This document shows, one piece after another, positions 45,372 through 55,733 of a stretch of DNA of 64,000 nt (positions are counted from its first letter, which is position 1; every line of letters begins with the position of its first letter). Under the pieces are notes generated by a model. It did no database searches. It had not been told where the DNA came from and saw only the letters and a program-made list of their open reading frames with translations. A program made the translations under genes and the position numbers. Where the stretch lies: assembly GCA_963847185.1 (NCBI GenBank), contig CAWJYV010000001.1, positions 1-64,000 on the forward strand, in the 5' to 3' direction. The DNA comes from an uncultured Methanosarcinaceae archaeon (GTDB taxonomy: Archaea; Halobacteriota; Methanosarcinia; Methanosarcinales; Methanosarcinaceae).

Positions 45372-45829
45372 GGACCATATAAATGGGTTGCAAATTTCTG
45401 GGACCACTATCCCAGAATAAGCAGCCTTGAACCTAAAAGTATTAATTACTTGAATGTTTGGGGTATAATATCCTATTTTATGATATATCAAAAGAAGTAG
45501 AACCAGACAAGGTTTGAATCTGGATCTTAAGTATTTATATCAACCCTAGTTCAGGATATTATGAAAAGTAGTAGCTTGAGAGTTAAATTTCCTACAAAAC
45601 AAGAAAAGCACTCCCAGTCTGGACTTCTGATATTTTTGTGATTAAAAGGACAGCCATCCAGCTTCTTGCTGAGTTTATGGGAAGGTAAAAAATAAGGCTT
45701 GTAGGTGTAGGGGTTTCAAGACTAAGAGAAAGAGATGCAAGGCAGACTTTGATTACGGATTTTTAAAGTATTTTCGGGATCATTCAATTCCAGACATTGG
45801 ATTTGGATATAACTGCAAGGAAGTCAATT

Positions 45830-45909
45830 TACGAGCGCTAGCGCCTATTACAGTGGCTTCTAGATAGGCCTACAAGATGAAGTTGGGAAAAAAAGCAAAA
45901 AAATTATTC
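45830..45909 (+). repeat. ~80-bp direct repeat, copy 2
   Basis: Matches 41498-41577 and contains the GTGGCTTCTAG core. Confidence 0.8.
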
Positions 45910-46314
45910 TTCAGATTCTGACTCAGCTAATTGGTATTTTTGTACTTCTATGATGGTCTTTAACCAGTCGTTTAAAAAAGCATTTAATTCCTCCTTTAGC
46001 TTTGGTCGATACTTACCCGGTTCCGGGTAGACCTCTTGGAATATCCCCAAATAGTCGTTTTGAAAAGTCATTGCCTCGGCTTCTTTATGGTCCGGGTGAA
46101 TCCATACTTGCATATCCGGGTCTGCCATGACGTCGCCGTTTTGCTTCCCGTTGTGAGCTAGGCTAATAGTGTTATTTAATAAATTGTCCACATGTAGGTC
46201 CATAAGCCCAGGACTTTGAAATCTCATGTAAGAAGCTTGCATTACCCCGTTTTCATCAATAATCCCAAGGGTTTGTAACCTTGTAAAAATATTCTTGTAT
46301 ATTTTTCGTTGCAT
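45904..46314 (-). CDS. DUF1249-like protein
   Basis: ISLAH..KQNGDVMADPDMQV...AEAMTFQND...LNAFLNDWL. Confidence 0.7.
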   Translation of the reverse strand: MQRKIYKNIFTRLQTLGIIDENGVMQASYMRFQSPGLMDLHVDNLLNNTISLAHNGKQNGDVMADPDMQVWIHPDHKEAEAMTFQNDYLGIFQEVYPEPGKYRPKLKEELNAFLNDWLKTIIEVQKYQLAESESEE

Positions 46315-46735
46315 TTTCTAAATTCTCCTATTTTGTGGCGCATGTTATCGTTTTCGCCAATTTTTAAAATACATCGGGGAGATATTTATATTTATTTGAG
46401 AATCAGACCATATTTTTCAATTTATATTCAAGGAAAATTGGGATCTTACTTGAGATTTCCCTATTCTTACATTCTCATGACCATTTTCAAAGATCAAATT
46501 ATACGAGGAATATGTAGGTACAAGATGAAAAGTGAAAACCGATGAATACAAAAAACGGAATCAAGAAACACAACGTTGGACTCAAGATATAAATACATCT
46601 TGAAAGAATGTATATTATTGTACTAAGTAAGATCGTAAATAGTTACGATTGTCTAAACTTAAGCAGTACCTCGGCGGAGGCATGTGTCTCTGATGTGTAA
46701 CAGACTGCTTTTCTAAGAATCGAGGAGGAACTGCA

Positions 46736-46927
46736 ATGGTAGACGCAATAAATATTGCTTTCACCCCAGAATATGATCCGCTTATAGAGATAATAGACGA
46801 AGCTTGTGATGCTTGTAGAATTTCACGTTCAGGGCTCATTAGATCGATTTTGTGTGACATTTTCGAGTTCACACCAGAACGTCCACGAAAACATTACAAC
46901 TCACACAAGAAAAGAGCAAAACAGTGA
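46736..46927 (+). CDS. Ribbon-helix-helix/CopG-like protein
   Basis: INIAF...IIDEAC...ISRSGLIRSIL; RBS GAGGAGG. Confidence 0.7.
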   Translation: MVDAINIAFTPEYDPLIEIIDEACDACRISRSGLIRSILCDIFEFTPERPRKHYNSHKKRAKQ

Positions 46928-47105
46928 ATATTTTATGCTTTCGCAATGCTGTGATGTTTAATGAGACCACGGGAGAGGTTCCAATTCCCCGTGAGCCCAC
47001 AACAAAAGATATGGTAAGAGCCTTTAATCAATAATTATATACTTTATATTGATATTTATATCTTTTGTTGGTACAAATCAGGGTTCATGATAATGGTTTC
47101 GTTTA

Positions 47106-48947
47106 ATGTCATCGGATAAAATAAAGTTAAACGGTGATAAAATGAAAACAAACGAAAATATGGATGTTAATGTTGAACCGATGATTGAAAATATTTCAAG
47201 CGAACACAGAAATATTAAAATAAAAACATCTAATGAAGACTTGGTTTGTATAATATCATATAAAAATAATAAATGGTTTACTCAGTTTAAATATAAACTT
47301 GAATTTCTCCCCCCAATACCCAGCAAAGCACCATTATATGAAGTAAACAATGTGAGAGATGGTCAATTAATTGATTCATTAATTGTAGGTAAAATTGTCG
47401 AAGATAAAAGTATAGCCAAAGAGATTCTACAAGAAGTTCAAAAAACTGCGTTTCAATTATCTAGTCAAATTAATCATTTAACATTTGCTCCTGAGAAGAG
47501 ACATAAAGAGAAGCCCGAAGAGGCAGAAAAACTGGATATAAAGGATCTTCTTATAGAACAATACGGTGAGACTGTTTTTGATAAAGCTCAACAATTGATT
47601 AATGATGGACATGCACAAAAATTTATTGTTGAAAAGCATTGTTCTACCTATGCAGGTGTGAGTGATAGGATAAGTTGGGCCCTATCCTGTGTTTTTGCAG
47701 TAACCCATATCTCGTCGTCGGTTGGTGGAGTACATCTTAAATTATCTGGTCCGGCAGGTAATGGTAAAAATACTCTGGTTACAAATTTTACTAATCTAAC
47801 AATACCAGAAGTATGGAGAATGACAACACCGTCCGGAAAAAACATGTTTTATAATGACTGGATAAAGCCGAATATGGTCGTTATTATTGATGAGTTTGAT
47901 AATGGCGATAAAGATATAATAAAGACATTGAAACTTTCTACCAGTCGGTTTCAGGATAAAACAATGTTAGATACGGTTATTTTGTTTGCCGCCAAAACAA
48001 AAATAATGCCAGAACGGATTGCATTTATTATAATGAGTGTATTACCGCTAGAAAATGAGGAAATGATTCAGAGATATCTTACAGTGGATGTGCCAAACAA
48101 TATCAAATATTTAACAGCTATAAATGAAAAACAGAAAGGCAGAGAGCATAATCTTCCTACTATAAATAATGCTCCGGATTTTGATACTCAAGTTTGCAGG
48201 TGCATATATCATATTCTTAACCAAGGAGTATATGACATCCGCATTCCATTCGCACCAGTAATTGAATGGCAAAATGTAGAACGTACAAGAAACTGGGAGT
48301 TATTTGCAGATATAATTAGGTGTTCGGCATTTTACAATATTCCTAATAGAGAGTATTTTCATAAGCCAGGGGATGAAGAAACCGGAGTTTTTCTTGCAAG
48401 TTACGAAGATTATGAAAATGCCGTTGAAATATATGATAAGTTGGCAGACAATAATGTTACGAAATTATCTACCAACGAACTTAAACTCATAGATACTCTC
48501 ATCCAAGAAAGGAAGCGAGATATTGAATCAAAGCTGAATAGAGATAGTGCAGAGGCAATTAAAAATATCAATCGTGAAGTTAAACCACTAGATATGGAGG
48601 AAATTACACAATTTGGTGTAATGGATATAGCTGGATCTATGGATATAATAGGACTGGCTAAGGCTACTGGAATAAGCGATAAAACCATTGACTCTATGCT
48701 ACATGGTAAACAAAATACCGAAGGACTTACAGGAAGAATAGTTGGGTTACATAGCGAAAAAGTTGCTATACAGGGCACCAATCACATTGTACATAAAAGA
48801 AAAATCTGGTATGACGGACCAGATAATATTGTAACTAATGTTTCAAAGGTTCCTCGGGATAAATGTGATGCAGAGACCATTAGATGTAAGCAGAATTGGA
48901 TAGAAGCTTGGCAGCTTGAAGATGCAAAATGGAATAGATGTTCCTGA
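47106..48947 (+). CDS. P-loop (AAA+-like) ATPase, putative replication protein/helicase of the element
   Basis: Walker A GPAGNGKN, Walker B VIIDEFD, possible arginine finger (QRY), C-terminal HTH-like LAKATGISDKTI. Confidence 0.75.
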   Translation: MSSDKIKLNGDKMKTNENMDVNVEPMIENISSEHRNIKIKTSNEDLVCIISYKNNKWFTQFKYKLEFLPPIPSKAPLYEVNNVRDGQLIDSLIVGKIVEDKSIAKEILQEVQKTAFQLSSQINHLTFAPEKRHKEKPEEAEKLDIKDLLIEQYGETVFDKAQQLINDGHAQKFIVEKHCSTYAGVSDRISWALSCVFAVTHISSSVGGVHLKLSGPAGNGKNTLVTNFTNLTIPEVWRMTTPSGKNMFYNDWIKPNMVVIIDEFDNGDKDIIKTLKLSTSRFQDKTMLDTVILFAAKTKIMPERIAFIIMSVLPLENEEMIQRYLTVDVPNNIKYLTAINEKQKGREHNLPTINNAPDFDTQVCRCIYHILNQGVYDIRIPFAPVIEWQNVERTRNWELFADIIRCSAFYNIPNREYFHKPGDEETGVFLASYEDYENAVEIYDKLADNNVTKLSTNELKLIDTLIQERKRDIESKLNRDSAEAIKNINREVKPLDMEEITQFGVMDIAGSMDIIGLAKATGISDKTIDSMLHGKQNTEGLTGRIVGLHSEKVAIQGTNHIVHKRKIWYDGPDNIVTNVSKVPRDKCDAETIRCKQNWIEAWQLEDAKWNRCS

Positions 48948-49335
48948 ACCCAATTTTAGGATCAGGTTTAGGTGCCTTTTTGGACCTTTTCAGGAACATC
49001 TATTAAGGCTCCAAATATTGCTTTTTCATTTTTAAAAATAGATGTTCCTGAAATGGCTTCAGGAGAATAAAACGGGCTCCAATTATTGAAACGAGAGCTG
49101 CTCCTGAAACTTTTGCGAAATATGCAGGAACAGAAAAAAAAATAAAAAATTTTTCTTCTAAATTTTGATCGTTCAAAAAAATATTTTTTATTCTTTTATA
49201 CTTTTATTTTTTTTCAGGAATAGCTATTCTATATATATATTATAATTAAATAATATATAATGGGAGCAGGACTAGATGGTCCTGAAACATTGATTCAGGA
49301 GCAATCAGGAATAGTCAGGAGAATCAGGATCAAGT
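48933..49335. promoter_or_regulatory. Candidate replication origin with iterons and an AT-rich core
   Basis: AATAGATGTTCCTGAA at 48933 and 49037, inverted at 48989; about ten further TCAGGA/TCCTGA-type motifs around an AT-rich stretch at 49130-49260. Confidence 0.5.
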
Positions 49336-49507
49336 TTAGGCGCCATTCTAATAATTAACTCTTAGCCATAGGTTTTTGTAAAATTCAATAAAATTCTAAG
49401 CCTCATTAGCAAAGTCCTATAAATTACCTTAGCTCGTTAAATAAGCCTGGCCATGAAGCTCACAGACCTGATGGCACAGCTATTAGAAGGCATAAATGCG
49501 AAACTTA

Positions 49508-52141
49508 TTATAACTTTTCTTCTGTGGTGAATTTTATGATGAATTTCGTCCCTTTATCTCTTATTACTTCTATCGTGCCATTTAGTTGGTCTACAAGGAT
49601 GTTTACGAGCTGTAAACCAAGGGTGTCGGGACTTCTAAAATCAATTTTTTCAGGGATGCCAACTCCATCATCTGAGACTATAAGAGTGTATTCAGTACTT
49701 TTTTCTTTATTGTCTTTTAGCTTATCTTCAGCTTTTTCACTGAAGAGTTTAATTTGAACTTCTCCGGTTTCCCTATTTAGAAATGCATATTTTAAAGAAT
49801 TCGAAACAAGCTCATTAACAATTATCCCTAAAGGGACTGCAATATCCATATCAAAGAAAACATTCTCTTCCATGTCAATGTTTAAGCTAACAGCTGTATT
49901 TCCAAGACTGTATGTGTGAAGAAGGTTTTCGACGAGCTTCTCAAGGTATAGTGAGAAATTCAGTGCTTCTTCTCCTTCGCCTTCATGCAGTTCCTCATGG
50001 ATAAGGGCAATGGATAATACCCTGTCATGACTTTCCCTAAAGGCTTCAAGGACTTCTAAGTCATTAATACATTCTCTGTCCTTGAACTTTCCAGCCTGAA
50101 GATCAAGAAGGGACGAGATGACTTGAAGGTTGTTTTTGATCCTGTGATGAATTTCCTTTTTACGGGCAGCTTCGATTTTCAAAAGGGTATTTTCTGCTTT
50201 TTTCCTATCAGTGATGTCCCTGGTAATAGCTGAGATGGCTACTAGTTTTCCATACGAATCAAAAACCGGAGAAAGAGTTATTGAGACATTGATTATTTTG
50301 TCATCTTTTCTTAATCGTAACGTTTCATAGTGCTTGATTTTATCTCTTTGTTTAACTCGTTCAACTAATCTTTGAATTTCCCCTTTAATATTATCCGGTT
50401 CAAGTATTGACACTTTTTTTCCAAGAATTTCTCCAGCTGAATAACCATAAATCTGCTCTGCACCCTTATTCCAGCTGGTAATTATGCAGTCAAGAGATAA
50501 AGTTATAATAGCATCATTTGACGATTCCACAGCATCTGCCAGTGTCTTGATTTTTTCTTCTGTTCTTTTACGTTCAGTAATATCCTGAGCCACTCCTCTC
50601 ACTCGAATAGGAGTGTTGTTCTCATCAAAAATAACTTCGGCTTTTGCATGAACTATGCGCTCTTCTCCACTAGCTAAAACAACCCTATAATCTATGTCAT
50701 AGGTCTTTCCGTTAAAAGCATCTTTAATGACATTAGCCAAATAGTCTCGATCGTTGGGGTGTACAGTACTTAAAGCGTCATTGTAGGATAAAGACTTTAG
50801 AGGGGTAATCCCAAGAATGCGATAAAGCTCATCAGACCAGTAAATTTTATCATTTACAATGTCCCAATCCCAATTTCCAACGTGTGCCATTTTTTGAGCT
50901 TCAGCAAGACGTCTCTCACTTTCTTTCAACGAATTGTAAGATTTCTCAAGCTCTACTGTCCGTTCTTTAACTTTTGCTTCCAAGCTATCATATGCTTTTT
51001 TAAGGGCATTTTCTACTTTTTTACGCTCTGTAATATCGATGAAAGCGGAAATTGACCCAGTTGGGTTTCCATCCTCATCAAGCAAGGGACTAGCGTTTCC
51101 CAATATATGTCTCACTGTGCCATCGAGATAGGCAATATCAAATTCATAGTTGCGTATTTCTTTGCCTGCTGCAGATAATTGAACAGGCAACTCTTCAGGT
51201 TGGAGCTCAACCCCATCTCTTAACATTTCAAATGTCTCAGGTCTCTCCCCTTCTGGGGCAGATTTGGATGCGTTTGCACCTTCAGGAATTCTGAGCCATT
51301 CATAGGATAGCCTATTCCCAGTTATATGAAGGGCTTTAGGATCATGTGTTATCCACACGGCTGCAGGGACTGCATCCAGTAACACTGCCAATTCATTAGA
51401 ATGAGCCCTTTCACGCTCTTCGCTTTCTTTAAGCGCTTCCTCTGATTTCTTACGCTCTGTAATATCAATTTGCACGCCATCCCAGATCGTTCGACCGTCT
51501 GATAGCCTACGAGGGTGGGAGCGTAATCGCATCCAGCGTATCTGACCATCTGGACGTCTCAGCGGTAGATCAATCTCAAAATCGGAGAGTTCGTATGCAC
51601 TGCGTGCCTCGGCTTCAACGAGCTTTTCGAAATAATCTGGTAGTATTTGTCGATGCAGTGTACCCGGATCTCGCAGTACATCTAGAGGGCTAACACCGTT
51701 AAGCTTCTTAATACCTGCACTGCAGTACAGGAAACGGACACTACCATCGGATTCATGGGTATATTGATAGACCGCACTATCTGGCAGGTTGTCGCCTAAG
51801 AGACGAAGCCGTTCCTCACTCTCACGAAGCCTTTCTTCAAGCTCCTTTTGGTCACTTATATCGAACCCATAAATGTTTACACATTCTTCTTCAGACAATG
51901 GGTGAAAAGATACAATATAGACTCTTTTATCTACTCTAACTTCAATTTTCTTAGGGCTATTACTCGAAATTACCCTTTGAACAAAATCTCTGACATTTGA
52001 AGGCAATATTTCTCCAACTCTCACCCCCCAACTATGTAACAAGGGCTCACCTGCCACATTTGAATAAAGAATTGTCCCATCCTTCCCTGCGCTCAGCACT
52101 GGGTTTGGATTCTGTTCAGGAAATTTTTCCATTCGTTTCAT
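49508..52141 (-). CDS. PAS-domain sensor histidine kinase (HisKA_2/HATPase)
   Basis: Several PAS/PAC repeats; EIHHRIKNNLQ, NELVSNSLKYAF, DDGVG, TLGLQLV. Confidence 0.95.
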   Translation of the reverse strand: MKRMEKFPEQNPNPVLSAGKDGTILYSNVAGEPLLHSWGVRVGEILPSNVRDFVQRVISSNSPKKIEVRVDKRVYIVSFHPLSEEECVNIYGFDISDQKELEERLRESEERLRLLGDNLPDSAVYQYTHESDGSVRFLYCSAGIKKLNGVSPLDVLRDPGTLHRQILPDYFEKLVEAEARSAYELSDFEIDLPLRRPDGQIRWMRLRSHPRRLSDGRTIWDGVQIDITERKKSEEALKESEERERAHSNELAVLLDAVPAAVWITHDPKALHITGNRLSYEWLRIPEGANASKSAPEGERPETFEMLRDGVELQPEELPVQLSAAGKEIRNYEFDIAYLDGTVRHILGNASPLLDEDGNPTGSISAFIDITERKKVENALKKAYDSLEAKVKERTVELEKSYNSLKESERRLAEAQKMAHVGNWDWDIVNDKIYWSDELYRILGITPLKSLSYNDALSTVHPNDRDYLANVIKDAFNGKTYDIDYRVVLASGEERIVHAKAEVIFDENNTPIRVRGVAQDITERKRTEEKIKTLADAVESSNDAIITLSLDCIITSWNKGAEQIYGYSAGEILGKKVSILEPDNIKGEIQRLVERVKQRDKIKHYETLRLRKDDKIINVSITLSPVFDSYGKLVAISAITRDITDRKKAENTLLKIEAARKKEIHHRIKNNLQVISSLLDLQAGKFKDRECINDLEVLEAFRESHDRVLSIALIHEELHEGEGEEALNFSLYLEKLVENLLHTYSLGNTAVSLNIDMEENVFFDMDIAVPLGIIVNELVSNSLKYAFLNRETGEVQIKLFSEKAEDKLKDNKEKSTEYTLIVSDDGVGIPEKIDFRSPDTLGLQLVNILVDQLNGTIEVIRDKGTKFIIKFTTEEKL

Positions 52142-52473
52142 TTTCCCTCTACCCAGATATCTTTGTTAATGAAATACACTAATCTTAATGGTCAAGAAAG
52201 GTTAATATCTTAACTTTATATTTTTTTATCGGTTATAACTCATAAAAATAATCTTCTCAAATACATTTTTTCGGCAGTGGTCACTGTAAAAGGACTGTTG
52301 GAGTCAGTGACTCTCGCTAGAGTGGATAGGATAATTACTAACGAACCCTGATTTCGGGCTTATAAGAAGGCTCGATTACCCTATACAAATCCCGAAATAA
52401 TATTAAAAAACGACATCAATTAACACTCTCAACGAACCCATATTTTTTATATTTTACGTTGTAATATATTTTC

Positions 52474-52818
52474 ATGCTGAACTCAATAGTAATAGAACTC
52501 GATGATGAATACATCGACAACGACCTCATGTATTTGAGCGAAGAGGGACTTTTTGGGCTTACTCAGTTAGGTACTCTCTATGGCATAGCCCTGTTATTAG
52601 CAATGAAGAAGATGGACGAGGGCTACACGCCTTTAGAACCAGTTATATATCACAATTATCCCGAGGACGCACTCATTTCACCAGCGAATGGTGGCATGAC
52701 ACTAACGCGTGTTGGTATCGACTGGACCGTACAATACATGGCAGATCACAAATTTAATCAGTTCGTTTATGATGTAGCTCGAAAAATCTATGAGAAGAAC
52801 ATAAAAGAAAATATCTAA
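52474..52818 (+). CDS. Hypothetical protein
   Basis: 114-aa ORF with plausible composition; no motif recognised. Confidence 0.55.
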   Translation: MLNSIVIELDDEYIDNDLMYLSEEGLFGLTQLGTLYGIALLLAMKKMDEGYTPLEPVIYHNYPEDALISPANGGMTLTRVGIDWTVQYMADHKFNQFVYDVARKIYEKNIKENI

Positions 52819-53325
52819 ACATTTATCAGTCTTACTTAATCATTTCTTTTTTAAAAGTGTCTCACTTCCAAACAGGACTATAACTATATTTGGTATATAC
52901 TATACTACTCCTTATATACTCGCCTAAACTTTTTTAGATTTAAGCTAAGTGTTCAGGATAAATTAGGAAGTGACGGTCAAATTTGCTTCCACTTCTTAAC
53001 AGACAGATCGAGAAACGTATAGAATTTCTTCTATTTTTGCACAAACGATATCAGTAGGCACAATTATCGGCAATACGTATAAATATGATACGTTTCTGAT
53101 GGCATAGCTATTAGAAGGCTCTATTACCTATACAAATCCCGAACTTCTTTCTTCCTTCTTTAAAAACACATCACTTCTTGGCTCTGTAGAAAATCGATTT
53201 AATTCAACTACAAGAGACTGAAATCAGATCAATGAAAGTGTATCAGGTTATTCAGTTCAAATTAATGAAGATTCGCTGTTTCAGAGGATTTCTACAGAGC
53301 CAAAAAATGAGTTGAAAATAAATAA

Positions 53326-53562
53326 CTATAAAAACTCAAACCTTAGCTGCTCTGCCATCTCACGAAAAATGTTTCCATTGGTAGTCGTAACAAAAATTCC
53401 TTTCTCGAGTCTAATAAGTTGTCTGTCCTCCAACAATTCTAAATATCTATTGACAATGTTGAAATTCACTTTCGCTGCATATATTATCTGCGTTTTGCTG
53501 GCCCCATTCACCGCTATTTTTAAAATTTCTTCTGCAATGTCAACCCTGCTCCTTTGCACCAT
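53326..53562 (-). CDS. Small archaeal winged-helix regulator
   Basis: RSRVDIAEEIL...ASKTQIIYAAKVNF...YLELL...FVTTTNG. Confidence 0.85.
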   Translation of the reverse strand: MVQRSRVDIAEEILKIAVNGASKTQIIYAAKVNFNIVNRYLELLEDRQLIRLEKGIFVTTTNGNIFREMAEQLRFEFL

Positions 53563-53989
53563 ACAACCCCTCTTTGAAAGCTTAAAAAAGTTTTAAAAAA
53601 CATTCATTAAAAGATACTATGATGGACATTTATGCTCATTATTTGGCCAAATATATTCTACTCATTCTATATAACGGTGTTTATTTTATATAATAAACTA
53701 GATTTTCAAATAATAAAAATCCCAAATCGTAAATGGGATGATGATTCTCTACTTAAATATACTAAAATATATACTTTCACACGACTAAAATCACAAACAA
53801 AATAGGTTTTCTACAAAGCCCACCTCTTTTCATCTTTCCTTAAAATGGAGCAACGTGATCTAAAATCTCATTTTTGCATAAACCGCATCAGTTGGCTCAA
53901 TTTAAGACAATACGTATAAATATGATACGTTTTTATTAATATTGTCGATAAATTGACAAACAAGTTAATTAAAGAGGAGATTTTAGAAA

Positions 53990-54445
53990 ATGGTTGCACC
54001 AAAAGTTGAAGTTGAGAAAAGCAAGCACAAAAGTTGAGACACCAGTGCAGAACAAAGTAGATGAATATTTCCAGCAGAATGAGAAGTTCTTTAATACGGG
54101 CGACATAAACGCAAAAAAAGCATTTTTCATGCTCGGGCAATATTGCCGAAAAGTCGGGTTTGAGTGCGAGGAAAAGAAAATTGCTGAGAAGCGGCACAGA
54201 GAGCAAGTTTCAAGCAAGATTGGCACGTGAAATATAGTAACAACATGACTTATAGAGCCTTTACGATAATAATGAAACTGCTGGATAGCGCCGCTTTAAA
54301 GTGCAACCCGCAACTGTTTTATAAATGTCAGTGGTGCGTGCAAGGAACTGATGATCAATAGTAATCTTGTTAGTGACAAGAAAGCTCTAAGCACCGAAGA
54401 TGGAAATATGGCTTTCTCCTCGGACTCTACCAGCAATTCAAATAA
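53990..54445 (+). pseudogene. Multiply frameshifted gene resembling the Cas8b (TM1802/Csh1) C-terminal domain (Cas11-like)
   Basis: RBS GAGGAG; pieces KKAFFMLGQYCRKV / NMTYRAF..IMKLLD..ALKC / LSTEDGNMAFS(L)GLYQQFK*. Confidence 0.5.
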
Positions 54446-55733
54446 GTATTTTTTTTGCTCTTTTTCTTGCTTGAATGATTCATTGCTATTTATTGATGCA
54501 CGGTCACCAACCTTTTTACTATTTTTGGGATATTATTAGATTTTAAAAGTTCATCAGGATCTCCTCTACTAATTCTTTTACTTTTTTTGTTTCTCCTGTC
54601 TTGGGATCAGTTATTTCTTTTTTCATTGCATCATTACATGAATCAGTAGCCGTAATCATAGAGTTCTTTTGTAAACTTCTTATTTTCAAATTATTATCAA
54701 CATTAAGTGCGGAAGAATCACAATTCTCCGCATTCGGTTTCTTAACTAAAGAAGAAATATTCGATTTATTCTTTCCATAATATTTGTCCCATGTAGTTTT
54801 AAGGTCGGTTTCGTGTACATTATCTAAAAATTCCATCCAACGAAAGATCCACTCTGAACTATTTAATCGGCTTACATATGTTCTGAACACTTCTTCACAG
54901 TTAATTAAGTTATTAATAAACTCAGCATAAAGAGTCATCCAGTACAAATTATGTAAGGAAATAAGTATTCCTGAAGTAGTTTTCATATCCCATAAGTATT
55001 CAGGTTTCTCTAACTGTTTACAAATTGGGCAAATACATTCAAATGAACGAGAGTCCTTATTCTTCTGGCTTCCATTCATCTTCATACCAGGACCATAAAA
55101 ATCAAGGTGAAACATAAACTTACGGAGTGTTCTTCCAAAAGATGCAGATGACGAGTCAAAGTATATTTGAGTGTTAGTATATCTATTTGCATATGCAATT
55201 AATGGTAGTAGATATGGAGAGGATAGACCTAATAAATGGAAAGGTTTACTCACACTATATTCTATCGCGAAACCAAGTCTTAATGGCATTAAATATTTCA
55301 TCTCTGAGCTGGTAGACAGAGAAAATCCATCGTATTCATAATTGTGATTATCTGTTGTTACTTCATACCAGCGTTCCATATCCTCATAACAGTCACCATG
55401 AATACAGTTAAACAACTTAAAGTCTGAATTATAAGCATCATCTATATGTTTATCTTTATACTCAAACATTGATTGAGCATTTTTCGCAGACTCTTTTAGA
55501 CAATCTTCAAAAATCTTCTTATCTTTAAATTGACTCCATTTTCTCGGTGTTGGAATATCAAGAGTCATTCCAACATCACAAACATCCATTTGCCATTGAA
55601 TTACTTTTTCCCACGTAAGTTTTTTATGAATATCTGGATCTTTCAATTCACCCATTTTAGATTTCAAGATTTGATAACCACCGGAGTCACCAAAAAACAA
55701 AACATCGTTTCTAATTTCATTTCTGCCTTTTAC

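Noticed and set aside
46965-47003. tRNA 3'-half-like hairpin (CACGGGAGAGGTTCCAATTCCCCGTG) as an att site
   Set aside because: No cloverleaf, the T-loop is not canonical, and there is no second copy in the window.
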